A DNA stretch of 64,000 bases. It comes from Octopus sinensis. Taxonomy: Eukaryota. How positions within the stretch are numbered: position 1 is the stretch's first letter; every line of letters begins with the position of its first letter. The translations under genes and the position numbers were made by a program. Location: positions 57,102,001 to 57,166,000 of the forward strand of contig NC_042999.1 in the NCBI RefSeq assembly GCF_006345805.1. Direction: 5' to 3'. Of the stretch, positions 48,369 through 60,069 are shown in pieces. The notes below the pieces were generated by a model. The model worked only from the letters and a program-made list of their open reading frames with translations. It did no database searches and had not been told where the DNA came from.

Positions 48369-49398
48369 TTAGAAGAAGCTGTCAAAATCAAATGAGTCTA
48401 ATTAACAGAACTGAAAGGAATTAATAGCTTAAAAGGCTTAATTTAAGATTAATTATTGAATCCGTACATGGAAGGTGTCAAACAAATGTATAAATAATGA
48501 ATGTTAATTATACCAAGAGAATGACAAATAATTAAAAATCAAAAGTCTAATAGAGGAATCACAAACAGTTGTTACTAATAAAGATAAAGAGAATAAGTGT
48601 GTTCAAGAAATCATTCTGGAATACTTCTTCATCAGTGCCCTTATTCCGGCATTAGTGGAATTGTTCTGGAAATTTAGGTTTTTGCGTGAATTTTTAGAAA
48701 ACCTCTTTTATTTATTTTTTCTTGACTTCATTGTCTATCACAGAATTTCTAAATGTTTCTCTCCATTGTTTTGGGTTTTATTTTTATTTTGCCCAAATGG
48801 TTCGGAAGTATACTTTATAACCATGATGTCCAAGGTTCAATCCCACTCTGTGGCACCTTGGACAAATGTCATTTACTATACTCATAAGTCAACCCATAAC
48901 TTGTGAGTGAAACTGAGTAGAAGCCCATTGGATGGATTATACTTGTAATTCACAGGTACAGCCATGTCAGAGACTGTGCGAAGCCTTTGCCGAGTGTTCA
49001 CTACTATAGCTATGAGTCAACTAAAGCCTTGTGAGTGGATTTGGTAGATAGAAGCTGAAAAGGAGCCAGACGTGTGTGTGTGTGTGTCTGTGTGTGTGTG
49101 TGTGTCTGTGTGTGTGTGCATGTGTGTGTTTGTGTCATGCTTGTCCCTCCCCACAACTTGATAACCAGCAGTGGTTTATTTAAGCTCACATGACTTAGCA
49201 GTTCTGTAAAAGAGACTGATTGAATAAGTACTCGACTTAAAATGGGTACAGCATAGCTCCAGTCCAAAGACTGAGACAAGTAAAGAAGAAGGGGGAAAAA
49301 AAAAGGATTAAATGCCCTTTATTTTGCTTTCTCAAATGCTCAGTTACAAAATGCTCTTCTTCTTGTTTATCTCAAGGTTTGATAAAGCAGATCTTTAA

Positions 49399-49609
49399 CC
49401 CTTTAACATTTAAACCAGCCAAACTATTCTTCCCGTTTTTTTTTTTTTTGTTCTATCTGGCCAGATCCAGCCTCTCACAACTACGTTACAATGTTGATCC
49501 CCCCCCCCACAAAAAAAATACAGTTTCCTAAACAAAACCTTGAGGCTACAAGTTAATGCAGGGTAAATTCAAAACAATGCAGATTAATAGAATAATCTGA
49601 ATGCTAGAG
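49399..49609. mobile_element. TTAA-flanked MITE
   Basis: TTAA-CCCTTTAAC ... ATGCTAGAG-TTAA; same family as 62996-63215 in reverse orientation. Confidence 0.7.
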
Positions 49610-49619
49610 TTAATGAATG

Positions 49620-49932
49620 TGGAGGCACAATGGCTCAGTGGTTAGGGCAGCGGACTCGCAGTCAGAGGATCACGGTTTCGATTCCCAGACTGGGTGTTGT
49701 GTGTGTTTATTGAGCGAAAAAACCTAAAAGCTCCACAAGGCTCCGGCAGGGGGTGGGTGGCGACCCCTGTCGTACTCTTTTGCCACAACTTTCTCTCACT
49801 CTCTCATCCTGTTTCTTGAGTAATGCTGCAATGGACTGGCAGCCCGTCCAGCTATGGGGAACACATATGTCACAGAAACAGGGAAACTGGGACCATGAGC
49901 CTGGCTAGGCTTGAAAAGGGCGTATAAATAAA
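49620..49932 (+). mobile_element. tRNA-derived SINE family C, full length with 14-bp TSD
   Basis: A box TGGCTCAGTGG, B box GGTTTCGATTCC. TSD AGAGTTAATGAATG at 49606-49619 and 49933-49946. Confidence 0.9.
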
Positions 49933-50420
49933 AGAGTTAATGAATGACACTCTAGTTGTGGCTATTTTGTCATTATTCAGACAAAGTGTATCAAGGAGTG
50001 CAGTGTCTAATATGTACAAGGGTATCAAACCCAGAACCACGTGATTGTGAAGCTAGCTTCTAAAGCACACAGCTTTGTCATTTCTTATGTCTGTCATTAG
50101 CCCCAGGACTCATAAGGCCAGAGCATAACACAGTTGTTTAAGTGAGCATAAATTACAACACATTCTGCTAAATGGCAAACAGGTCTGTCACATGTTTAAC
50201 TTCCCAGCTCTTTCTGGAGCTCATTACAACTGAATGAACTAGAGTAATGTGAGATGAAGTATTTTGCTCAAGAACGCAATGCACTTAATAGCTCAGGGGA
50301 CTGAAACCATGGTCTTACTGTCATAGGTACAATACCCTAACCACTAGGCCATATTCCTTTAGCCATACCCATACACTTGCAATTCTTGACAGTGGAAGAT
50401 TTGAATACAGTGGCATGCAT

Positions 50421-50824
50421 TCTCTTTTACTTGTTTCAGTCAACTGACTGTGGCCATGCTGGAGCACTGCCTTTAGTCGAGCAAATCGACCCTAGGACTT
50501 ATTCTTTGTAATCCTAGTACTTATTCTATCGGTCTCTTTTGCTGAACTGCTAAGTTACAGGGACGTAAACACACCATCATTGGTTGTCAAGCGATGTGGG
50601 GTGGGGGACAGACACACAAACATATATGCACACACACATATATATATATATACATATATATGACAGGCTTCTTTCAGTTTCTGTACCAAATCCACTCACA
50701 AGGCTTTGGTCGGCAAGAAGCAATAATAGAAGACACTTGCCCAAGGTGCCACACAGTGGAACTGAACCCGAAACCATGTGGTTGGTAAGCAAGCTACTTA
50801 CCACACAGCCACTCCTACGCCTAT
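50421..50824 (-). mobile_element. SINE family A, full length
   Basis: Matches the consensus. Confidence 0.9.
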
Positions 50825-52128
50825 CTGATAAACGTTTCTTTTTATTTTATTATTTTTTTTTTCTTACATGCTAACTTGCTGAATTCAAAACAGTACTTGA
50901 ACAGAGAACAAACCTTTCCAAGTTTAACATACAACTAAGCTGATATTTCAGTGAGCTGATAATTTATTGCTTTGCTTTGGTTTGTGCTTCAGTTTATCAT
51001 TTTTATCCAGCATGGCTACAGTACAATCTCCATAGACTGCTGTATTCTGCACTCTATCATTTATTTCCTCTCAATAAATGGTTTTATGAATTATTTTAAA
51101 ACTGACAATACATCCATTTACACACACACACACACACACACATGATATGTGTTATGTATGTGTGTGAGCATACGTGCGTACATGCATGAGTGCATGTGTG
51201 TGTGCGTTTGTGTGGATATGTATATCAGTAGAGGAGGGATGTGTTATTCTGCAATGGTTCTTTTCTCATTACATAATTCAACTTTAACGCTGTCACTGCT
51301 ACTGTAAAATATTGGTATTTTTGCAAACATGGAGTTATGAATAGAGTGACTAATATTGATTATATAACTTGAAATCTGAAGGTTTTTAAAATTTATTTCG
51401 GGATACAAGTATATAATAAAAATAGTTAACCTATAATTTATAAAATGGATTGCAGAAATTTTCTATTGCCAGATTTTTTTTTGTTGTTTGTTTGCTTTTT
51501 ACCTATATTTTTTGTTTTTGTTTTTGGAGTTGAATCAACTACAAAAACATAAAATAATTAAGGAACAATGTTTTTTAAAAATAAAGTGTAAGCATGAAAT
51601 AATAAGTCTCATAGATGAATTATTACATTATCATGTAATATTTGATTTCATTTGTGGATTGAGACATTTATTCAATAGAAATATCATATTTAGATTATGA
51701 CATTTATCAATGACTTGAACAATCTTTAATCTGATTCTTTAGACTTTAACAATAAGAACATCTGACAGTTATTCAGAGTTTGTTCAGTTAAATCAAATAG
51801 TACAAACAAATAAATAGATAAAATAATAAATGCAAGCCAACCATTATATTTATCTTAAATACGTAAACCAAATTGAAATTGATTCAAGTATTTTGCTATT
51901 TCTTTCAAGGGAAGGAATAAATCTCTGATCATTTCACTGAATCTGAGTAAAAATTAAAAATCAATTTCCATAAAAAGAAAACAAACAAACATAAAATCAC
52001 TTTAACTATTTAATTTTATCAATTTCTAATTTTTTGAATAAATTTCACAAAGTAGGATATGTTTATAATTCCAATCTTACATCATGCCATTATCAAAATT
52101 ATATATAAATTAGATACTGTGAATCAAA

Positions 52129-52165
<37 letters not shown>

Positions 52166-53602
52166 TATAACTAAATGAATAAATGAAAGAACAAACTAAT
52201 TGATCCTGTCGAATAATTGATAATTGTGGAACTGTGTAGGTGTTAATCAGAAATGTATTGCTTTATGTGTCAATATCCGCCTCGTTAAATGGAATTACTT
52301 CAGTTAGCAAGCAAGTTGAATTACCTGATGAATGGTGATTACACCTTGTAGAATAAACCAACAAACAGATAAACATACTTCATGTCTTATGCAGTCAGTT
52401 GCAGCTGCACATATTGTTTACACCTGTTAAAACACCATGTGAAACGAGGAATATTTTTTTCATTACTTCATCAATGAGTTGTTTCAGAGATTTCATGAAT
52501 AGTCTTTGTCTTACTTTTTCTTTTCTCTTTTCCATTTTGTTTCTTCTTTTTCCTATTTGTCCAAATTCTATTAACTCTACCTATAACTAATTGTAGAGAT
52601 GATGCCATATCAGCAATGGGGTATAATAGAAATAAAAGGTGGTTGAGGGCAATTATACACAGCGGGGTGGCACCCCACCTACTTTTCAGTTAATGAAGGG
52701 GTGTAACTTATAGCAATTTGTCCTACTTCTTCTACCTCAGCCTCTTGAACCTTAGGATATATCTTAGTTCCTAAGCTATATCATTCCCATCATTGGAGCA
52801 ATACACACTGAGTACAGACTAAGGAAGAAGAATTTGAACGAAATATCAACAACTCGTTACTTCATTACCAATGAAAACCTTTACTACTATGACAAAAATA
52901 CGATAGGTGTAAAGAAAAGAAAACATTTTATCCATAATAGGATAACTGGATTTACAGAAATCTTCATAAAATGAAGAGAAGGAAGCAGTTCTATCATGCA
53001 ATGAAATTTAGTTTCCTTTTTTTTCTGAAATCAGAAAGTGGAATCAAAGCAAGGAGGCTTATGAAAAGTGAAACTTATTATAAGGCTTCTTTAAAAGATA
53101 TTCAATTTAGTGCCGTCATACTTAATATTGTGATAGAAAAAGAAAATCTAATTAATTAATAATACTAATTAGTAATTAATAATAGCCATGCATTTTAGAG
53201 AAGATAACATTATCGTAATGATTAATATTAATTTAATCTGATTTTGTCAAGTACAGACAACTCTAAACATTACTGCCTTGGTTTCTTATCAAAGACTGAA
53301 TCCATTAGCAAAACTGAATATGTAAATAAAATCTAATACACAAAAGACTCACTTGAGATATATATATATATACATATATATATATATTTTGTGAAATAGA
53401 AAGATGAATAATCTTGTTGCAGATTAATCAAAAGTTTAACCGATACCTTGGTAGCAAAAATCACAGCAGAAGACAGCACGGTTGGAGGTACAACCATATG
53501 GTGTTGCAACCGTGCGTTGGTGCGGATAATTGAATTTTAATATTATTAGTGAATTGAAGAAATGGAGTTGAACGAAGATTGAACAGAAATCGTTTTATTG
53601 CA

Positions 53603-53682
53603 TTCTACACGTGTTTCGAAAGGCACAATTTACCAAATTCCGATTGAATAATGAGACCATATTGTGTCTTTCTCTTCAGGAA
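53603..53682 (-). ncRNA. Hammerhead ribozyme (inverted copy of 56027-56106)
   Basis: Exact reverse complement of the right-hand motif. Confidence 0.75.
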
Positions 53683-53940
53683 GAAATAGGAAATCCGTTG
53701 GAATAAACAAAAACAGAACAGAGGCGCAGCAAAAACAAATCGAACGAGGCTTCTAAGAGCCCATGGCCAAACTGTTTATCAATGTATGTTGAAAAACGGG
53801 TGGTGGGTGCGTTGAGGATTTTAACGGGTCAGGCAGCAGTCATTCCGGTGGGTGAGGGCACGGGGTGCGTAGATGTTCTTTGTGACCGAGACTAAAGTTC
53901 TGACTATTTAAAGAATATTAGGTGTATTATATGGGGCAAT

Positions 53941-55347
53941 TTGGTTAAAAACATCTCTCTAAGATTGTCTGGCTTGTCCGCTAGTGCTGATATTTTTATG
54001 CAGAAAGCGGAATTTTATAACGTCGCACTATCCAAGGCCGGTTATAGGCAGAAGGTAATTTATATTGATCCGGCCCTTCCGATGCCATCATTCGGTCATC
54101 AGGATAGGGCCGTCTATAATAACATAAACAATTTAAGTAGTGACGGGAGCGCGGCGGGTGCTGGGGCAGTCGCTCCCGCATTTAATTTAGCGAACAAGGA
54201 TAATTATCGGTCCGGGGGATCTCACACTAACCCAAAACCCGTTGTTCATCCGAGAATCACCCACCCGAATGCGAGAGCTGGCGTCCCGACCCATCACATA
54301 AATAGGAATAAGCATATATGGTTTGTAATTCCCTTTGGTAAGCAGATTAGAACTAACCTCCCCCTCATGTTTCGACAAGCCATCGCCAATAACTTCCCCA
54401 GAAATTCCAAATATTACTCCACGGTTAACTCGCATATAGTTAGGATAGCTTTCTCCAACACTAAAAACCTCGCCCAGATAATTGCCTCCCATAATAATAG
54501 GCTGCTTACTAAGACCCTATCACCTTTTTCCGGAGGCACAGCTTCTTCCGCTCCCGGTTTAATGCTCAGTAGGAATAATAATAGTAGTAATAATGATATG
54601 AGAGCCAGTACAGTGACTCATAATCTCAGCTCCAACCAGGGATTAGATACTAGGGGTATAGTTATAAATAGGGGTGTTGTCATTGACGGTAACAATGGCA
54701 GTAGTGAGGTGAGCGCAGCTCGGCTCGTTAGGGTAGAGAGTCCCAATAGCAACTCCAGCATCGTTTCCGGCAATAGCAGCACCACGGGCACTAGCAATCA
54801 CAGCACTCTGATTGATAGTGGAGAATCAGGGGTTATTCCGTTAGTTAATAGTGACGTAGTGGAAAATAAAGTAGTAAGCGGCTGCAGTTCTCGCAACAAA
54901 TATAGTGACAGTAACGCAGTTCTAATTTCAGAAACTAATCCTAACAGAATAAGGTTCACGTCGGTGAACTCCAAGATCAGAAACGCCGTCTACCAATGCA
55001 AGGTTTACACGGACTCAGATGTCTACGCTTATGTAGGGGCCTCATCGTCAAGATTGGCCTTACGAATCTCCAACCATTACACAACTTTTCGAGACGTGAA
55101 TAAACGCCAGACCACGGGACTTAGCAAGCTAATATGGCGATTGAAGAATACGAACTCAAGCTACAGGCTGGAATGGTCAATTTTGCCGGTGGCCCTCCCA
55201 TTTGACAGGGGCAGAAGGAAGTGCAACCTTTGTGTCTCCAAACTCTTCCATATATTGTTCGCCAGAGACCGGATGGTAAACGGACTTTTACAGTCGGCTT
55301 TTCGATGCCCCCATTGGCGGCGTTATACTTATCTTGCTTATAAATAA
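53941..55347 (+). CDS. Penelope-like ORF remnant: RT thumb/linker + GIY-YIG endonuclease, RT catalytic core absent
   Basis: 468 open codons. ISLRLSGLS...YNVALSKAGY, KHIWFVIPF...NLAQIIASHNNRLL, then VYQC...YVGASS..LALRISNHYTTFR...TGLSKLIWRLK...WSIL...CNLC...FRCPH. Confidence 0.85.
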   Translation: MVKNISLRLSGLSASADIFMQKAEFYNVALSKAGYRQKVIYIDPALPMPSFGHQDRAVYNNINNLSSDGSAAGAGAVAPAFNLANKDNYRSGGSHTNPKPVVHPRITHPNARAGVPTHHINRNKHIWFVIPFGKQIRTNLPLMFRQAIANNFPRNSKYYSTVNSHIVRIAFSNTKNLAQIIASHNNRLLTKTLSPFSGGTASSAPGLMLSRNNNSSNNDMRASTVTHNLSSNQGLDTRGIVINRGVVIDGNNGSSEVSAARLVRVESPNSNSSIVSGNSSTTGTSNHSTLIDSGESGVIPLVNSDVVENKVVSGCSSRNKYSDSNAVLISETNPNRIRFTSVNSKIRNAVYQCKVYTDSDVYAYVGASSSRLALRISNHYTTFRDVNKRQTTGLSKLIWRLKNTNSSYRLEWSILPVALPFDRGRRKCNLCVSKLFHILFARDRMVNGLLQSAFRCPHWRRYTYLAYK

Positions 55348-56026
55348 CGCTTATAAATAATACCTGCACCCGGTTACACTACTTATATGAAAATAGCCCT
55401 TGGTAATAAATTCTGAAAAAGCTTTTAAGAGAAATATGATTAACCATTGCAAGGGGAATTACTCCTGGGAGATGAATGGGGTTTTGTTTTTGACGACGGG
55501 GGGTTTCTTTGACAAGGCATGATTAGAATAACACACGCACACATAAAATATTTTTCTGCCGCCCGACGGACTTTACAGCAGTGACCATTGTGTAGAGCTG
55601 TTTACCAACTGACGGCCGTGCGATCAAACGCACACACGTACACATAAAATATTTTCTACCCCTTGACGGATTTCTCAGCAGTGACCAGAATGTAGCGCTT
55701 CTTACCAACTTGCGGCCGCACACATATATAGAACAGTACACACACACATGTCTCTAAGTAGATTTTGTCTCGCCCCATATAATACACCTAATATTCTTTA
55801 AATAGTCAGAACTTTAGTCTCGGTCACAAAGAACATCTACGCACCCCGTGCCCTCACCCACCGGAATGACTGCTGCCTGACCCGTTAAAATCCTCAACGC
55901 ACCCACCACCCGTTTTTCAACATACATTGATAAACAGTTTGGCCATGGGCTCTTAGGAGCCTCGTTCGATTTGTTTTTGCTGCGCCTCTGTTCTGTTTTT
56001 GTTTATTCCAACGGATTTCCTATTTC

Positions 56027-56106
56027 TTCCTGAAGAGAAAGACACAATATGGTCTCATTATTCAATCGGAATTTGGTAAATTGTGCCTTTCGAAACACGT
56101 GTAGAA
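56027..56106 (+). ncRNA. Type I hammerhead ribozyme in the 3' pseudo-LTR
   Basis: TTC-CTGAAGA-GAAAGACACAAT-(31 nt)-ATTGTGCCTTTC-GAAAC-ACGT-GTA-GAA. Stem II pairs at 11 of 12 positions, palindromic ACGT loop III. Predicted cleavage after 56103. Confidence 0.8.
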
Positions 56107-56209
56107 TGCAATAAAACGATTTCTGTTCAATCTTCGTTCAACTCCATTTCTTCAATTCACATATATATATATATATATAATATATATTATATATATATAT
56201 ATATACGTA

Positions 56210-56402
56210 TATGTATGTGTCGGTGTTTGTCCCCCCAACATCGTTTGACAACTGATGCTGGTGTGTTTACGTCCCCATAAATTAGCGGTTCAGCAAGAGA
56301 CCAATAGAATAATACAAAGAATAAGTCCTGGGGTTGATTTGCTTGACTAAAGACAGTGCTCCAGCATGGCCACTGTCAAATGACTGAAACAAGTAAAAGA
56401 GA
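56210..56402 (+). mobile_element. SINE A 3' half
   Basis: Matches the consensus 3' half. Further partial copies at about 13765-13935, 15427-15590, 34740-34960 plus 35690-35840(-), 46628-46750, 49005-49287, 60480-60690. Confidence 0.8.
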
Positions 56403-57998
56403 GTGTGACTTTAGAAAGATTTGGCTGAACTTTCGAGAAAGTCAAGTAACTATATACAGGCTTGCTTGTCGGCTATATCCGAGAAAACAGATGATTTTAA
56501 ATTTAACTAGGTGACCTAATTAGTGTTGGCTACAGTGTAAGTATAAGTGAGGTAAGAAAGATGCAAAACATTTACTGTTATGTATGTCTTTGACAGACTG
56601 GTGTCCCATCCAGATGGGGAATTTAAATGCCATGGAAACCATAGAACCAATGCTTATGGGTCAGCATGACTCAAGAAAATGATCTTTACCTTTGCTATGT
56701 ATGTTGGTAGTAAAGGGTTTTTTTTATCCATGTAAATAGCTGACTATGCAAAATAGAATGACAAGATTTGGGCTCTATGCACAGATTTTCAAAGAAGGTC
56801 AGAAAAGAGGAGCAAGTCTAGTATGATCCTTTAGGTACACAACATTAGTTTATATGAGAGACTGAGTATAGGGGAATGTAGAAATAGTTGAACTATTAGT
56901 TGTATGTGTAAGGAGAAGGCAGTTGAACTGGTATGGGATATCTAATCTGAATAGATGACACTTAGGAAAATACCATAAACTGAGAAGATATCCGTGGTAG
57001 AGTTACTCCAAAGATGGTATGGAAGAAGTAGTGAGGTCGGATTTGAAAATATTGGGACTCACATGAAAAATAACTCAAGTCATTTTCATCAGAAAACATT
57101 AGTTATCATAAAGAATTCATAAATTATTATGAGGAATAGTAGTAAAGATCAAAGTACTTCCATTTTACCACTCATACGACATTATTTTTTACCAGCACTA
57201 CTCCTACCAATCGCTTGACAGTCTCTGATAGTGGCCTCACATATTTTCATATGGACAAAATTGTAACAGAAAGAATGAGATTACCCTCCAGAGCCAACTA
57301 GACACTTAGGCAACAAACAGCGGCTAATGTCCGCAAATCTCAAGTACACCTATTGCTACACTTCTTATGCACACTTCACATTCTTGTCTGTAGCCATGTA
57401 AAGAAAAAAAAATGAGAGAGAAAGAGAAAGAGAGAGTAACCTTGAGTGATAACTAAGCTTTTCCTTTACTTTACATCCCCAACATCACAACTGGGTTGTG
57501 TCCTCTTTCTTAGTTTCCTTATTTCATCTGAACTTTCCACTTTTGTGCCACCCACACAAAAATCTATTTTACACTTGTGGGTTTACACTTCTCAGTACAC
57601 ACAACAGGTCTCACATCTCAGACGTTGTGCTAAACCTTCTTACTGGGAATCATTTCTCCCTGAAAACTTATTCAGCCTCTCTCTAGCTTACTACGTTACA
57701 GTAGTTCATGTTGAACATTAAGTACAAACACTAACTTGTTATTCCAATCTCCCAACGTAAAAAGATGACCTAAAAAGATGAGGGAGGAGTTGATAAACAA
57801 ATAAAACAAAGCTAAACAATAAACTAAATGGAATATGTATGTGCAACATCAAATAACGTTTCACTAACAGAAAAGAAAATATTCAATCATTATATATATA
57901 TATATATATATATAATTTATATATATATATTATATATATACATTAATTATATATATATGTATATATTATATCTCTCTCTCTCTCTCTCTCTCTCTATG

Positions 57999-58110
<112 letters not shown>

Positions 58111-59078
58111 TCCTATTGTGTAATAGTCAGGATTATAATTCAATGTTAACTAGCCATAAGACTTAGCAGAGACACAGTGTAAGTAAAAGGTGTAAGTGAG
58201 GTTTATTCAGGAAGAAAACATCTCCGATCATCAAATATATATGGCTGTCAAATTGTACTTAAGCACCAGAAATAACAAGTCCACTTTATCTTTTCCTTCC
58301 TGTATATGAGACAGCCAGTCTATGAATGAAATAAGAGCACTTGGTGATAAATTTGATGGAAGCAGTTCTAATGACAGTAGCCAAAAACTATATAAATAAT
58401 GCACTCACAGAGTTTCTACTTCAACAATGCTAATTAATGTTCATTCTTGCTGTTTTGGTTTATGTTCTCAGTTGTTTATGCATAGCACCTAATGATAACA
58501 GAGCCTAATACAAAAATACCCTGCAGAACAATCGCCTCCCCATGTCAGCGTTGTGTAAAATGATGTATTAATAAATAACAAACTAGTTGTACACACAACG
58601 GAAGTACTTTTAAATTTATGGAAAAGTACCAATAGCAATGCACTGTATATTCATTCCAATATTTCTTTCTAATCTTCACTAGACACTAAAATGACAACTT
58701 AATTTATTTTTCAGAAAAATAAATAAATATATAAAAGATATGTGTGTTTGTGTGTATTCTAGTGGTTTGGAAAATAAGATTTTTTGATCAAAGAGATAAT
58801 ATCTGGAAGAATTACAAATCTTGAAATAGTATTCTCTCCTTTTAGTTTAGAGAACAGTTTGTTTCAGAAATATTATAACTAAACATTGGGCTTTGATTAA
58901 CTCATTGTCTGGAAAAAATATTTGGGAAATATTCAGTTAGTTTAGATAGGAAACAAATGGGTAATAAAAGAAAACTTCATAGAAACTTCCTAAGTTTTGA
59001 GAGAAAAATAAACCCTCAAAATCTTTGCAGTGAATGTCTAAAATTTGAAGATAAAGTATTTTATGATCATATATACAT

Positions 59079-59390
59079 ATCACCATGATCACCATGACCG
59101 ACCAGACAATCAGATGTTGCTACACATCGCTGGTCACAATGCCCTTTGCATTGTTTTAGCCTTCAAATGATGCCACCTCGCTGGCTAAGTGAGCAGGCTA
59201 ACAGAGAAAAGAGCGAGAGAAAATTGTGGCGAAAGAGTACAGCAGGGATCGCCACCACCCTCTGTTGGAGCCTCGGGGGGCGTTAGGTGTTTTCACTCAA
59301 TAAACACTCACAACGCCTGGTCTGGGAATCAAAACCACAAATGTACGATCGCGATTCTGCTGCCCTAACCACTGGGCTATTGCGCCTCCA
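59079..59390 (-). mobile_element. SINE family C head with a different 3' tail
   Basis: Same tRNA head and first ~170 nt as 49620, then an unrelated tail ending (CATGGTGAT)2. Confidence 0.8.
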
Positions 59391-59391
59391 C

Positions 59392-59441
<50 letters not shown>

Positions 59442-59542
59442 TATATATATGATATATATATATATATAATGATATATAAGGATGTGTGTGTGTATATATA
59501 TGTATATATGTGTATATGTATATATGTATATGTATAGATATA

Positions 59543-59935
59543 TAGGCGCAGGAGTGGCTGTGTGGTAAGTAGCTTGCTTACCAACAACATGGTTCCGGGT
59601 TCAGTCCCACTGCGTGGCATCTTGGGCAAGTGTCTTCTGCTATAGCCTTGGGCCGACCAATGCCTTTTGAGTGGATTTGGTAGACGGAAACTGAAAGAAG
59701 CCTGTCGTATATATGTATATATATATATGTGTGTATATGTTTGTGTGTCTGTGTTTGTCCACCCCAACGATGCTGGTGTGTTTACGTCCCCGTCACTTAG
59801 TGGTTCAGCAAAAGAGACTGATAGAATAAGTACTGGGCTTACAAAGAATCAGTCCTGGGGTCGATTTGCTCCACTAAAGGCGGTGCTCCAGCATGGCCAC
59901 AGTCAAATGACAGAAACAAGTAAAAGAGTAAAGAG
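59543..59935 (+). mobile_element. SINE family A, full length
   Basis: TAGGCGCAGGAGTGGCTGTGTGG ... (TAAAAGAG) tail. Confidence 0.9.
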
Positions 59936-60069
59936 CAAATATATATATGTATATATATATAACTGTGTAGTTAAAAAGTTTGATTTGTAACCATGGGATT
60001 CCAGGTTCAGTCCATCTGCATGGCATCTTGAGCAAGACTTTTATTATAGTCCCATATAGACCAATGCTG

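Larger units (their letters stand above)
53549..56160 (+). mobile_element. Penelope-like element (Neptune-type), 5'-truncated, with inverted pseudo-LTRs
   Basis: 389-bp inverted repeats at 53549-53937 and 55772-56160 (one mismatch seen by eye). Internal ORF with RT-thumb and GIY-YIG motifs. Hammerhead in each repeat. (TA)n on both flanks. Confidence 0.9.

Noticed and set aside
49620-49690. Possible tRNA gene
   Set aside because: A/B boxes are present, but there is no complete cloverleaf or acceptor stem. It continues into a SINE body and has a TSD. The same applies to the heads at 59320-59390 and about 36190-36255.
52320-52355. CTGATGA followed by the GGTG-ATTA-CACC hairpin
   Set aside because: No GAAA after the stem; likely chance.
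57615-57659. Minus-strand TTTTCAG|45 nt|GTGAGA exon-like segment
   Set aside because: Stops in all three frames and a weak pyrimidine tract.
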